Shown here in pieces: positions 12,944 through 26,037 of a stretch of 64,000 nucleotides of DNA (the stretch's first letter is position 1; every line of letters begins with the position of its first letter). Origin of the DNA: Phaeosaccion multiseriatum. Lineage: Eukaryota > Protista > Ochrophyta, other classes. A program made the translations under genes and the position numbers. The notes beneath the pieces are model-generated. The model made no database searches. It was not told where the DNA came from and saw nothing but the letters and a program-made list of their open reading frames with translations. Where the stretch lies: assembly GCA_965112735.1 (NCBI GenBank), contig OZ218954.1:2170001-2234000 (forward strand), read 5' to 3'.

Positions 12944-14772
12944 ATGGTAAGTACAGTGGCGGGAGGGTGGGAGAGACCTGCGCGAAGGTGAAGTGCGGTG
13001 GTCGGAACGGAAGCTCCAGAGAGCTCCGGCAAGGAGAGAGAGCGATGGGGGGAGGATTGTACACCCTGTCCATCAGCGGGCCCATGCTAGGCATGGGTTG
13101 TCCAAGGACGGACGAGAATGGGCGGTGTGGGAAGACCTTGATGTGTCGAGGAAGACTTGATTGGGTTGGGAAAGGGGGGCGACTGCAGCAGAGGAGCAAA
13201 GCAGGGAGCACACATGGAGAGGGTCTTGGCGTCTCGCGGACATCCTTCTTGGGAGTGCGAAATGAGAGGGACGTGGAGCAGGTTGTACTTCCTGTAAGAG
13301 GGACGTGGAGCAGGTTGAACTTCCTCCCGTTGCTTAACCGGCATGGACGAGTGTGGATTGTATAGAATGACCCAAAGGGGAGCAACAAGTCACAAGTCCT
13401 TTCTTTGTGCCAGAGGATCGAGTGGGGAGAGGTGTGGTGATGCTCCAGCGACTACTTCGGCCTTGAAAGTCAGCGACGCAGTGGACTACCGGGTTGTGGC
13501 CCTCTCATTGGCTGTCCTCATTGAGCTTCGTGACTCGCCAGCTTGTAGTCCTCCTTGTGGAAGCCGCATCACTTGCCGTACCGGAGCGTTTTAAAGCAGA
13601 GACTCACGCAGCGGTATGCATACTCGCATATTCTGTCGCCCATGGTAGCGTCGGAAGCTCACCTGGATACGCCCAGCCTCGTGACTATGAAGTAGGCCAA
13701 GCCTTTCGCTTTTCATCACCAGAGTCGTGCGCTCCGACACATTTTCTCGTAGCGGGCTTCTGGAGATGAGCTGGGGTGACCCAGTAGCAATCAGCAGCAG
13801 GTGGTGGTGGTGGTGGAGGAGGAGGAGGAAGAGCAGAGTGGCGACTGTGCGAGATTGAGCAATGTAGAGCGGACTGTGGACCTCAAACGAGGCGCATCCA
13901 GCGTGGCAGTGCCCCCTTGTTCCAGCAGGTCTCCACGTCTCCTCTTGAGCTTCTGTTGTATCGACTCTTATCTGTCTCTCTCTCTGTCTCTCCCTCCTCC
14001 TTATATTCCTCTCGGTTGTTGCTCCTCCTCCTCCTCATCCTCACTCCTCAGCCGCCCAAGACGCAACAAAAGTCGAAGGAGCAGAAGGCCGCTGCCGCCA
14101 TGGCAGGAGGCAAGGGCCGCAAGAAGAAGTGGTCCAAGGGAAAGATGAGGGAGAAGATGGCCAACGAGGTGCTCTTCAAGGAGGAGACGTACGCTCGCCT
14201 GCAGGCTGAGGTGCCCAAGGTGAGAGCGAGAGAGAGAGAGGGAGATAGGGCCAATGGAAGAAGTAGTGGATGAAAATGGAGGGTAGTGGACGGCAGTGGT
14301 AGCAGCAAGGGCAATGGAGGTGAAGGAGGGGCGAAGGAGGGGGGTGGGGGGTCGCTGGCACACCAAGCGTTCCTTCATCAGGCGTTGGATGGGAGCGCCG
14401 AGGTGCTTGGCACTTCGGACGTGCGTGTGGTGTTGTGTCGCCTTCGTGTCTCGCGAGACTGTATGCGACTCCCTGCATCCTCTCCCTCACCCCTCATGCC
14501 TCTCTTCTGACTCACTTGACTAACTCACTGCTTTTCGACTCATCGTCCCCCTTCTTGTAACTGTCACCGGTGCAACTGGCGTAACGTAACCGTGCCGCTA
14601 ACACCAACAGATGAAGTTGGTGACGGTGTCCGCACTCGTCGAGAGGTTCAAGATTGGCGGCTCCCTGGCCCGGTCTGTGATTCTCGAGATGGAGAACGAT
14701 GGCATCATCCGAGCCGTCTCAAAACACTCCACTCAGCTCATCTACACCAGGGCCACCAACACGGAGGAATAG
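12944..14772 (+). CDS. RPS25: 40S ribosomal protein S25 (eS25), 110 aa, 3 coding exons
   Basis: Exons 12944-12946 (accATG|gtaagt), 14052-14219, 14611-14772. Protein MPPKTQQKSKEQKAAAAMAGGKGRKKKWSKGKMREK...EVPK|MKLVTVSALVERFKIGGSLAR...QLIYTRAT. Confidence 0.95.
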
Positions 14773-15384
14773 ACTGCCATCTGCCGTAAAGACGGAGATG
14801 GGCTTGTTGTTTGGCGGACGTCTCGGGCGTTTCGGCTCGGCGAGAAGCCTTGCTGGCAAACGCAACAGAGCAGGAGGGACTTGAGACAGATGTGTGTGTC
14901 CCCTCCTCTCCCCCGCTGCTGTGTTGAGCAGCTCTGCCCCCTGGCAGCCCATCTAAATACATAGTTCCCCCACGACTCCCCACACTGATGTTGTTACGTT
15001 ATGCCTGTGATGGGGGGAGGCTCGGACCGGGCTCGTTGGGTCTCTTGAGGAGATGTGTGGTGACTCGCTGCGATGGCCCAAGCCCCAGAGAAACTGCCTT
15101 TTTTCCCCCCTTTATTGACATTACTACTTGTACTGCTACCCTTTTTTCTCCTGTTGCTATGGGAGCACCATCTCTGGGAGAGCCTTACTCGGCTCTTGTA
15201 ACGCTTGTTGTGGCTTTGCTCTGGGGCTGGGCTGGCTGCTGAAGTCGCTTCTGCTGCTATATGGGTTACACCCAATCCTCCCTCTCCCTTGCGCATTATT
15301 ACGTCATGCATGACAATGACCCATGTTCACGCCGAGCTTCCTTCCTTCCTACCGACCTTCCTTCGTTCGTTCACCCCCCATTTG

Positions 15385-16593
15385 TCATGCCGAGGAGAGT
15401 AGCGCGTTGATGGCTGCCGATTCGTCCCAGCCATTCTCTTCCAGCGCTTTCCTGGCGGCGGACTCGGGAAAGCCCATGTCACACACTCGCGCCACAATGT
15501 CGTCATTGCCACCTTTCCTCACTGCGGCGTACGTTTCCGTCCAAAACTTTGCAGTCTGCGGGGAAAGGAGGGAGTGGGTGTGTGGGGGTGGGAAGAAGGG
15601 GTTGAGAGAGAGAGAGAGAGAGAGCGATACGGACTACGAGGACAGAATCGAAGGAGTACAAAGCGCTCACCCCCCCGCCCACCCACCCTTCCCAGCCGTG
15701 AGCCGCCAGCCGGATTCCAACGTGACCACCCACAGGCACTCAACAACAACAACGTGACCGACCGACCGACCGACCTGTCTGTACTCGTCGCGGTCTACCT
15801 TGTACATATTGGCCACCTCTGCGTCCTGCGGGTCGTCCGGCTCCGGCACAGACATGAGGGCCTGCAGAGAAAGGAGGGCCGTCTTGATGGTGAGGGCTGG
15901 CGACCACTGGTCCTTCAAAATATCCTGCAAAAGCCATTGTGTAGTCGTATAGATAAAGCGGGTAAAGTGTGTCGGGGGCAAACGCACAAAGGGAGAAGGC
16001 GGTAGAGGATGCCGAGGTGAGTGAGGGAGGCGGGGCGGGGGACATACACGCTTCACAATAGATTTGAGTGGTCAGTCACGAGCTGGCAAGGAGGTGACTT
16101 AACGTCCCACACGGTCACCCGTATGTAGGACCCCCCCCCCCCCTCCCGACCCGTCCAAGTGAATAGAGTAGCACGTGTAGAAGAAATCACGTCAGCCTGT
16201 GCATGTGCGTAATTCTTTCTAATGCCACACACGGCCCAAGGCCCTCAAAGTAACTGACCAGAGCTGCTGCGTATTCTGCGCCAAGTGCCGCGTATAGCAA
16301 GCTCTGTTCTGCCATCCCTCACTTACCAAACATATTGCGCCGGTCTGCGAGGAGACATTCGGATGCCAAATCTTGGTCGTGAACTTCATCTTAGGTGGCT
16401 CGAAGGGGTAGCCGTCCGGGATGACAATGTCCACCTTGAAAAGCCCACCCTCAAAGGGAGTGCCCTCTGGACCCAGCAGAGTTCCTTCTAAGTGCTTCAT
16501 GGAGTCGCCTATGGGCTTTGCCGTCACCCCGGACTGCGAGTCTCGATCACATTCCGCGAGCTCTTTCCGAATGCGCGTAAAGTCCCCCGCCAT
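15385..16593 (-). CDS. UBE2K: Ubiquitin-conjugating enzyme E2-25K/UBC1 type with C-terminal UBA domain (195 aa)
   Basis: Exons 16593-16327, 15924-15775, 15555-15385. Active site [14 protein letters not shown]|[11 protein letters not shown]; [12 protein letters not shown]; UBA motif [13 protein letters not shown]. Confidence 0.95.
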
Positions 16594-16954
16594 TCCGAGC
16601 GCAGGGTAGCAAGGGGCCTCTCTCTCTCTCTCTCTCTGCTATATCAATTGCTTTCCTGCTTGTGGGCTCTCCTGCCCGCTGTTCTCCCCCCTTCTGATGT
16701 GCTCCACCTGGAGCCCTGGAGTTGGCCCTCTTCGTCTCCCTCTTTCCCTTGCCCCCTCCTTACGCGCCCGCTTCTCTCCCTCTCTAACGTCTCTTTATTT
16801 TTCTATAGATGACGCGAGCCTAAGTCTCCTGATTGCGGCGCTGGATTGTCCGTCTCCAAGCAACCCGCGAGTATCGCACGCACTCAAAGTCAAACTCAAA
16901 CTCAGGTACGGGGGGGGGGGGATCGGGATAGGCTCAAACAAAACCAACCACGCG
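16594..16954. promoter_or_regulatory. Putative bidirectional promoter between UBE2K and PFA-DSP
   Basis: Divergent start codons separated by 361 bp. Confidence 0.5.
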
Positions 16955-17106
16955 ATGCTCTTCCCGCCGGTGAACTATAGCGCAGTGGAGGACGGGCTAT
17001 ATCGCAGTGGCTTCCCCACGGAGATCAACTATGCCTTTTTGGAGCGCCTTGAGCTCAAGACCATCGTGTACCTCTTTCCAGATGAGATCGATGTCCAGTT
17101 GTGAGT

Positions 17107-17148
<42 letters not shown>

Positions 17149-18068
17149 GAAAGAACGGGGGACCCTGTGACTGGCTCATCACTCTTCATTCCCTCTTCCT
17201 CCGTCCCCTCCCTTTCTCACTCGCTCATAATATAATCAATGCACACACCCGTCCACGATCCACCATCCCTCAACCTACGCAGTGAGACCTTCGTCGAGGA
17301 CCAAGGCATCTCCCTCATCTGTCTCGGGGAGGAGGACAGCGGCGAGCACCAGACCAAGCTGTCGCAGCTGGCCGAGGAGACAGTGCTTGAAGCCCTTGCC
17401 CTCGCCGTGGACGCAGCCAAGTACCCGCTGCTCATCACCTGCAGCACAGGGAAGCATCGCACAGGTGGGCTGAAGAGCAGGGGAGGGAGGCAGTGCACTG
17501 CATTTGCCCCATGTCTCTTGGCCAGCGGTTGCTTTCCCTTTCCTCATCTCTGATATACTTCCCTGCTCCGGTACGCCTGTCGTCTTCTAGGGACTGTAGT
17601 CGCCTGCCTGCGAAAGCTGCAGCGGTGGAGTATTACAAGCATATTCGAAGAGTACAGGTGAGCTCGCCTCACGCCACGTGGGGGGGAGCGAGGGAAGCAT
17701 TGCCTAAGGGCAGGCGAGGGGGGAGGGGAGGGATTAGAGCCTACTGGCTCAGCTTCTTATCTTGTATCAATTGTCGAGTGAGTAGAATGATACTTGGTGC
17801 TCGCTGGAGGAGAGGCATGCACATGTGTGGCGCACACTGTAACACCCCTCTTGCTATTGCTGCCACTACTGCTACTGTTGGTGCTGCATTGGGGTTGTGT
17901 TGATTTCATCTTCCATGTTCCATGTACAGACGCTTTACCAAACACAAAACTCGTGTGCAGAACGAGCAATTCATCGAACTATTCGATACCGATCTGGTCC
18001 GTATCCCGGTCACCTGCGCGCCGTTCCTGCGAGAGATCATCCCCCAGGGGCCGCGTGGGGGGGCATGA
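16955..18068 (+). CDS. Atypical dual-specificity phosphatase, PFA-DSP (Siw14/OCA) family (177 aa)
   Basis: Exons 16955-17100, 17283-17464, 17591-17657, 17930-18068. Motifs PPVNYSAVEDGLYRSGFP, CSTGKHRTG (CX5R), CLRKLQRW, FEEYRRF, NEQFIELFD. Confidence 0.9.
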
Positions 18069-18799
18069 GCTTCTTTCGGTGGATTCATTTTGTTGTGCCC
18101 TCTCCTAACTCACTGGCGCTGAGCGAAACGGAGATACTTGGCTGGCTATGTCAAGGGGAGGGAGGGGCGGCGAGGGTGGAGCGTTGGGTATGTCTTCGAT
18201 GTCTCACAATGCCCCAGACGAGACACGAAGAGAGGAAAATTTCGCTGTGCGAGTCGGGCTTGGGCCTTTCCTTCCTCTTGGCGATGGCTCTCTTCGCTAC
18301 CCCGAGAGGAGAGAGACCACAGACAAACCTGTGATACTGGCTCGTACTCTGTGGATGCAGATTCGCGAGTCTCTGCACTGGTAGGCCAGGCACACCAGCT
18401 CACGAGCAGAGTAGGGGCTGATAGGGGCTACTACAAGACTTCTGATACCAACGCCAGCGCCAGCGGTAGCAGCAGCAGGGGCGGGGAGGATGAGGTTGGG
18501 CTCCAAACGTGATGCTGCTTCGAGATACGCTTTGTTGTTCGTGCGGCGGATGTGGTTGACACACACAGCCCGGGCGAAAGGAGGAAGCTTTCCCCCTCCT
18601 CTGCTGGTGCCTGCTGCGACTGCTGCTGCGACTGGCGGGGCTCTGCTTCAATGCCCTCTCGACTCGCGAATTGGGCATTATCTTGGGGAAGGCGGGGAAG
18701 CGCACCAACATAAAAAACACGCGACACCACAGAGAAGAAGAAACTCATGCCCGATGACTTGAGGTGCCATGTGAAGGCCTCTTTGGAATGCATGCATTT

Positions 18800-18831
<32 letters not shown>

Positions 18832-19340
18832 CGTCCTCGTGGAGCTGCGGGTATGGCCAGGGAGTACTCCAGCCCAAGGCCTTCAAAGGAGACAAACTAT
18901 GCGTTAGACCCAAGACCTGGAAGGAGCGGACGCCCAAGACCTTCACCAAGAAGAGAAGCGTTGTGCCTCACAACATGATCCGACTCCTCCGATTGTGGCA
19001 TGAGAAAGGATCGCTCGAGGGCATGGTGGAGTGGAGAGAACTGTTGGAAGGGTTCTTTGGGGGGCCGTCTGAGGTTGCATCTTCCTCATCAGGGTGGCGT
19101 TTCGCGTGGCTTCCGAAGGAGGAGAGGAGAGGGAGCTGAGGAAGTTTTTTTCAGACTTCTTCAATCCTCCTCCACGGCACGTCACTACGACCTACACCAC
19201 ATAGTCGGCCCCCGACAAAGTTCCCAGGCTCCCGGTTCCCACCTTTTGAGTCTTGCGAACCTTGATCGGGGGCCGAATATAGTAAGGGCACGGAGAGGGG
19301 GAGAAGGTCATTGTCATGATCAGCAGCAGCACTAGCACGC

Positions 19341-19391
<51 letters not shown>

Positions 19392-19911
19392 GCCAACAGT
19401 GCCTGTGCCGGCAGGAGAGATTGGAGACAAGGGCGCGACGATGTGCTCTCTTTGCCATCGTAGCAACGTGTTATCCTGTGGGTGATTCATGGCGAGGGGG
19501 CAGGGAGGGGCGTGGTAGGCTGGCACCATCCCCCATCTTTGAGGAGGAGTCACTTTTTTTTGGCATGGATGAATGTTCGTCTCCCCTCTTGGTAGCTACT
19601 GGGACTGGAAGAGATGGTTTCACTCTTTCCAACATGCCCGCCAGAAACAAGGCAGGATTGGTTGATGATTGGTGTACTGAAAGGACGGCGGGTGGACGCG
19701 CGGGTGTGTATATCGAATCGTATGCGTGACAAACTCGGGCTGATATTATAAAAAGAGCAGCCGAGGACAAAACAATAGTTGCTGATCTATTGCCACAACA
19801 AGAAACACCTGACCTTAAAAAAGAAAGAAAAAGACCAAACACAACACCGCCCGCCGCTTGCGGCTGCTGCTCTCTGCTGCTGCTGCTGCTGCTGCTGTTA
19901 TTGCGTGTTGC

Positions 19912-22900
19912 TTAGTTCTTCTTGGCGTGGCTCCAGAGCCACTCAGGAGTCACCGACTTGGGCCTCTCCAGGGGCAGGCCAAGCGCTCGGTCCCAGAACA
20001 GCTGAGCAACAGAGAGCACCAAAGAAACGCAAATTCGGGTGGTGGGGGGTGGGGGGTGGTGGTGGAGGGAGAAGGAGGAGAAGGAGCAGGAGGAGGAGGA
20101 GGAGGAGGAGCGGGATGTGAGCACAAAAGAGAAGGTGTGTGTGTGTGTGTGTGTGTATGTGTGTGTGGTGGAATAAAGGCAAGAGGACATGGCAAGGCGA
20201 CAGAACTCAGACGACAGCGGAACGCCCCGTGTAGGTAGGTAGGTAGGTAGGTAGGTAGGTGGAAGGTAGGTAGATGGTGAGTAAGACACGGGAAAGGGAA
20301 ATGGCCCATCCAGGCGGTGCTGCTGCCAACCTGTGAGAGGGCCCCGATTCCTCTGGAGACGCCGAAGAGGACAGTGTAGTACTCGTGCTCCTTGAAGCCG
20401 TAGTACGACAGGAGCACGCCGGAGTGGGCATCTACATTGGGCCAGGGGTTCTTCACCTGTGGGTGTGAATGTGGGGGTGGGGTTTCGTAGAGGAGATGGA
20501 AGTGAGAAGGAGGATATGACAATGGAGAGAGGGAGAAGGAGAAAGAGAACGAGGAGGAGGAGGAGAAGGAGGAAGGAAGAGGAGGAGGGAGGAGGAGGAG
20601 GAGGAGGAGGAGGAGGAAGAGAACGAGGAGAACGAAGAGGAGGAGGAGTAAGAGGAACATGAGGAAGAGAAACTGACAACCTAAGCCGTAAGAGCGCCCA
20701 CTGCCGACCGTCCAGCACTCCCGCACCCCCCCACAAGTCCTCTCCCCCTTCAGCCCACACACCACACGTCTTCTCGTCCTTCCTCCCCCTCCTCCTTGTC
20801 CTCCTCGTTTTGCTCACCTTTCCGAGCTTGGTGAGCACATCAGGCACCACCTCGTAGATTGTGGACACGATCTTATGGGATGTTATTCGGCACAAGAGGG
20901 AGGGAGGGGGAGAGAGAGAAGGGGAGAGACACACACGCACACATATACAGAGAGAGAAGAGAGAGAGACAAAGAGAGACGCCCGGGGGGAAAGCAGACAG
21001 GGCAAAGGCAAGAGTGGTAGTGGAGATGAATAGTTGGTAAAGAAGGAGGTGGGAAGGGTGGGTGGGGCGAAGAACTCGAGCAAAGGTGTTGCCAAAGTGC
21101 AATCCTTGAAGCCCCCGTCTGTCTCTCTTCCCCTCTCCCTCCTTGAACAGCGCATACATACATGACATGAAACATGCCTGCCTGCGAGCATGCCTCTACA
21201 AGACCGCAAGGTGAGCATGCCTGTATTCCTCCGCATGCCCATGCGCCCCAGCATGGCCGCTCACTTACCTTGAAGAGCGGGTCGTTGTGGTCGAGGTGCT
21301 TCAGAGCGAACTCTCGCTGCGCCGTGTAGCGGGGATCGGTCTTGCGCAGGACAGCATGGCCGTATCCCGGGATGACCTACAAGAGAAGAAGCAGAGCAAG
21401 CAAGGCAAGTAAGCAAGCAAAGAAAGCAAATAAGCAGAGAAAGCAAGAGCTGACATACACATGCGGGTTCATTACTGTATTCTAGATGCGCTTCGTCTCT
21501 GTCTCTGGTGTGTGTGTGTGTGTGTGTGTGCTTGTGTGAGTGTCTGAGTAGGCATCTAGACGAGGAGTACTTATCGTACCTTGCCGGAGTTGAGTGTTTC
21601 CCAGGCGAAGTCCTCGATATTCTTATGCGTAATCTCCACGCCCTTGCTCTCGAACTCCTTCTGCAACCCCTGTTCAGCCGAAAGGGAGGGAAAGCGACGG
21701 CGGGAGGGAGGGAGGGGGGAGGGAGGGAGGGAGGGAGGGAGAGAGGGAAGATTAAGTCAAGAAAGCATATGTGGCAAAAGGAAAGACATGGTAATAGAGG
21801 ACGAGAGGAAGTCCGACCGCATCCATCTTGGACAGCATGCCCATGTGTTGGGTATCATGCCAATATGTTGCGTATCATGCCCGTGTGTTGGGTATCACGC
21901 CCACTGTTGCACACTCACATCCCCCCCTCTCACTGACTGATTGACGGACGGACTGACTGACTGACCTGAATCCAACCTAGCACCTCCTGATTAGCAAGTC
22001 CGTGGAGGGGCCCGGCCAGAGCATTCAGGCCTGGCATGGATGGAGCACCAACAGCAGTAGATGCAAAGACCAGATAAGAGGAAGAAGAGGAAAAGAATAG
22101 AGAAAACGAAGAAAGGACGGCGAGAGAGGAGATGGTCAGGAGGAAATGGTCACGGAACTATGGGCATGGTCAGGCAAGGCGGTTACCATTAAAACTCGCG
22201 ACAATGGCCCCATGTATCGCGAACTGAATAGAACCCCCCCCCCCCCTCCCTCCCTTTGAGGAGAAAGAGAAGAGAAGTGGAAGAAGGGAGGGCAGAGAGC
22301 ATGGCAATGAGGTCCTCGTGGTTCAGCTCAGTTCACTAGAGCGTAACCAATAATCACTCCCTCCGATACACAATATTGATCAGCACTGTCGGCCATCGTG
22401 CTTCTGAGCCACAACTTGGGACTCCAGCTCCTCACTCACTCATTCACTCACTGACTGACGAACTGACTGACTGACTGACTCACCTGCAGCGAGAGACAGG
22501 TAGGGGTCTGAGAGCGTTGAGCCCACCAGATGGGTAGCGTGTGCAGACGCGTTGCCTCCCTCGTGGTCGGAGTGGATGACCTGCTCCACCCACCCACCAC
22601 CGTCGAGAGAGCCAGGCAGGCAGAGAAGGGATAGATAGGAAGGATCATGTCGCCCATACCGGTGAGAGAGGAGAGAGAGTGAGAGAGGAGAAAGGGAGAG
22701 AGACAAGGGGAGGGAGGGTGAGAGAGGGTGAGACAGACAGAGAGGGACACACATAGAGAGAGGAGAGAGAGTGAGAGAGAAAGACGGCGTCGAAGAGGGG
22801 TGGCACTAACACCCACTGGGCCGAGGGGAGCGAAAAGTGGAGAGAAGTGGGTGAAGAAGGTCCTCCTTAGTCCTTGGGGTAGAGGAAACACTGAAATAAT

Positions 22901-25851
22901 GTGCCAAACGGAAAATCTCACAAGGCAAAAGTGCAGTCGACGCACGGGACAAAGGCAGACACACATACGCGCGACACACACACACACACACTTCCGTACC
23001 AGGTAGAGCCTCATGAGCTCGTCGAACTTCTCGTCAGTGTAGCCGAGCATTCTGTTGAAGTTGGCGGAGTAGTCCAGCGACTCGTCCTTGGTGATCTTCC
23101 CATCGTGGTACTTACACCTGTAGATCAGCGCCGCCACCTCGGGCATCTGGGGGTGGGGCCGGCCATCAGCAGAAAGAGTATGTGTGTGTGCGCGGGGGGG
23201 TGTGCGTGTGTGTGTATGTGCCATTTGCGTGTGTGCCATTTACGCGTGTGTTTCGGTGAGAGAGAAGGAGATAGAGGGAAGGTAGAGCGCCCTTCTCCTC
23301 CCGCCTCATCGCCCCCTTCTACGGCCCACCTCCTTCACGGCCCTCCCCCTTCTCTCGCCTCACCCCCCCCCCCCCTTCCCATCCACCTACCTTGGCGACA
23401 ACGTCCATGAGATCCTCGTATGTGGAGTCCCAGTACTTGCTCTTGTGCGTACCGGCGGAGTACGCCTTTGCGAACTTGGACTCCGTCTGCACACACACAC
23501 AAACCAAACAAAGGTGGAGCACACATGCATGCCATCGCGAGATGCCATAGAGATACGCAGTGGCGTTTTGTTTTCCTAGTCAGAACGCTTTCGTTTCGTC
23601 TGTTTCGTCTGTTTCGTCTGGACATGGCACACGGAGAGAGCATCCCCAAAAGTAGACCCTCCTTCCTTCCTTCCCTCCCTCTTTCCATCCCTCCTTCTCT
23701 ACCCCCGTCCCTTCCTACCCTCCCTCCTTCCCACCCTCCCTCCCTCCCTCCCTCTCCCCTGGCTGCCCACGCACGCACCTGCATGGCAGTGAGGGCGGCG
23801 CTCAACATGGTCATGGGGTGCATATCCTTGGGAAAGGCCCTAATCATGGGCTCAATGTGAGCAGGGAGCTTGCTGCGGCTGTGCAGCTCGGCAGTCACAG
23901 AGGCAGCCTGAGTAGAGGAGAGAGAGAGGGGAGGGGGGGAGGGGTGGGAGGGGAGAGGTGAGACGTGCACGCACGCACACACGAACGCAAACTCACACTC
24001 ACACAGAGGGCACGAGAGGCACACGTAGTGTCTGACAAGGTGTGGAGTGTCTGTTTGCCTTACGGATTCTTACGTACGCACCTCTGCCTCTGTGGGCACC
24101 TTGCTGGTGAGCAGCAGCCACAACAGAGCCTCTGGAGTGGGCTCCCCACCTTTCACTGATAGGCACAGCGCAGAGGGTGGGCAGGCAGAGAGACGCATTC
24201 GGAAAGTGAGTCAGAGAGAGGGAGAGAGAGAGAGAGGCGAACACTTGGGGAAGAGCCAAGAGGCGACGAGGATACCCCTTCCCTCTCTCCCTCCTGCTGC
24301 TCGCCTCAAGTCATTCCTCCTACTAAATTGGATCATGCGTCCGCCGCCTCTTGGGTACGACGTTTTGAATGACATTCCGAATTGGGATCTGTCCGTCCGA
24401 AACATATGCAGGGCTTGCTTACTCAGTTCTGCATGGGGTGTGCCAGTCAGATATATACAGGGCATGCGTACTCACTGTACGTGGGCAACTGCTTTTGGCA
24501 GTCGGGGATGGTGAGGCCTCTGAAGCGAATGCCCTCATCGGCGTCGAGGTTGGACGTCTCCCACACCATAGACTTGATGCCTCGGGCTCCACCGATGACC
24601 TAGTAATAGCACAGTAAGTCAATGAGAGTAGTCATGGCACAGAGGAAGAGTGGTCGTGAGTGCAGGTCCTGGGCAAGGGCCGGGTGAAGGAGCCGATAGC
24701 CCACTGGAGGGTCCCGACAATTGAATGCAAATCCCCTCCCCACGCGAACCTATGGTCTCCCCCCCCCCCCTCTCTCTCTCCCGAGTCATCCATGCCGGCA
24801 TCAAATGTTGACAGGAGGAGGTAACAGCTCAACGTTGGGTGGGTTCATGAGTTTGAGGCTGCAAAATCCCCTGTCTGTCTGTCTGCCTGTCTGCCTGCCT
24901 GCCTGCCACCCCCTTGCAACACATAACATGGAGCTCAAAATAAACCTCTATACCTGATCGATGGTGACCTCTCCGACACTCTTGCTGCCGTGCGTCTTCT
25001 TCAAATCTGCAATGCTCTGCCTCTTTTCGTCCAGTTGAGACTCCAGTACCTCCTTGAGCGTAGAAGCGCTTCGCACAGACCGACCCAGGGTAGGAGTGGT
25101 GCTCGCCTGGTTAGCATCCATCCAACGCATCGGTGTGTACGTTGGCACAGACCCGTAGCAGCGGCGGCAGTAGGAAACATAGCATTCACGCGAAGAGAGA
25201 GAGAGACAGAGAGGGGGGGGGGGCAGAGCAGAACGCCAGGGATCAGTCAGGGAAAGTTATAAATCCTATTTCAGGCGCGAACTTCCCACAGGAAAAGCTA
25301 CAGCTCCCACCCCACTCGGCCCTTTGTAAGTAAGGGGCCAGCATCCTCATGCGTTCCCCTTTGTGACGAGAAGCTGGATGAAGCTGCATAGCCAGCGTAT
25401 TGCGCAATGAAGCGAGGATACAGCCGGCTGGACGAAAGTAAAGCGTCGTTTCCTTTCATCCTGGAGCAACTCTCCAGCTGTGCTTCTCCAGCTGTGCACG
25501 CAGCTACTCTTTGCTTCTTCTACCATGACTTGCGCATTGCATGTTCTGCCCTCCCTGGTGCAAAAATCCCCCTTTCCTCGCCTCCACTTCCCCGTTTTCT
25601 CGGCGGATAGTGTGTAGACACCGCCAAGTGCCCCACATTCCGAGCCCTTTTTCCTCTCTACCTATGCCCACCCTCGCCTCCCCTTTGGCCATCATCCATG
25701 CTCCTCGCTGCACTCCCCAGGTTGCTGCGGGCAACTGTGCCCTCCGTGGATCAACCCCCACCCGCCACGATGTTCGTCATGATACTGAACTTTCGCAGAT
25801 CGGCTTACTCACCTTCCGCGCCACCCGCGCTACCGAGCCGAGTAGAGTCAT
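19912..25851 (-). CDS. CS: Mitochondrial citrate synthase, eukaryotic type (463 aa, 14 exons)
   Basis: Exons 25851-25813 ([13 protein letters not shown], transit-peptide-like), 25106-24954, 24599-24476, 24155-24082, 23907-23779, 23486-23391, 23146-23000, 22580-22484, 22030-21966, 21669-21580, 21376-21269, 20871-20818, 20456-20331, 20001-19912; 1392 nt. Motifs [56 protein letters not shown]. Confidence 0.95.
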
Positions 25852-26037
25852 GGCTGTCTTCTAAACTCCTGTCAAAGTGCAGGGCTCGTGTATTGTATAT
25901 TGCTCTTACTTTCTTTTCAGAGCGTCACGGCCCAGGAAGCGCAAACGAAAATCCCCCACACCGCACACTCAAATCGCAAAACAATAGGGGGGGGGGGGGG
26001 CACGCCCACACAGGGGGGGGGGGGCACGCCCACACCT

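Noticed and set aside
13460-13790. Minus-strand frame with in-frame TGAs (selenoprotein?) and a GTGATGA C-box-like motif
   Set aside because: Antisense within the RPS25 intron, with no recognisable selenoprotein motif or SECIS and no matching D box.
18100-19900. Several 100-170-aa ORFs between PFA-DSP and citrate synthase
   Set aside because: No motifs or consistent splice model; probably UTR or intergenic. A divergent gene cannot be fully excluded.
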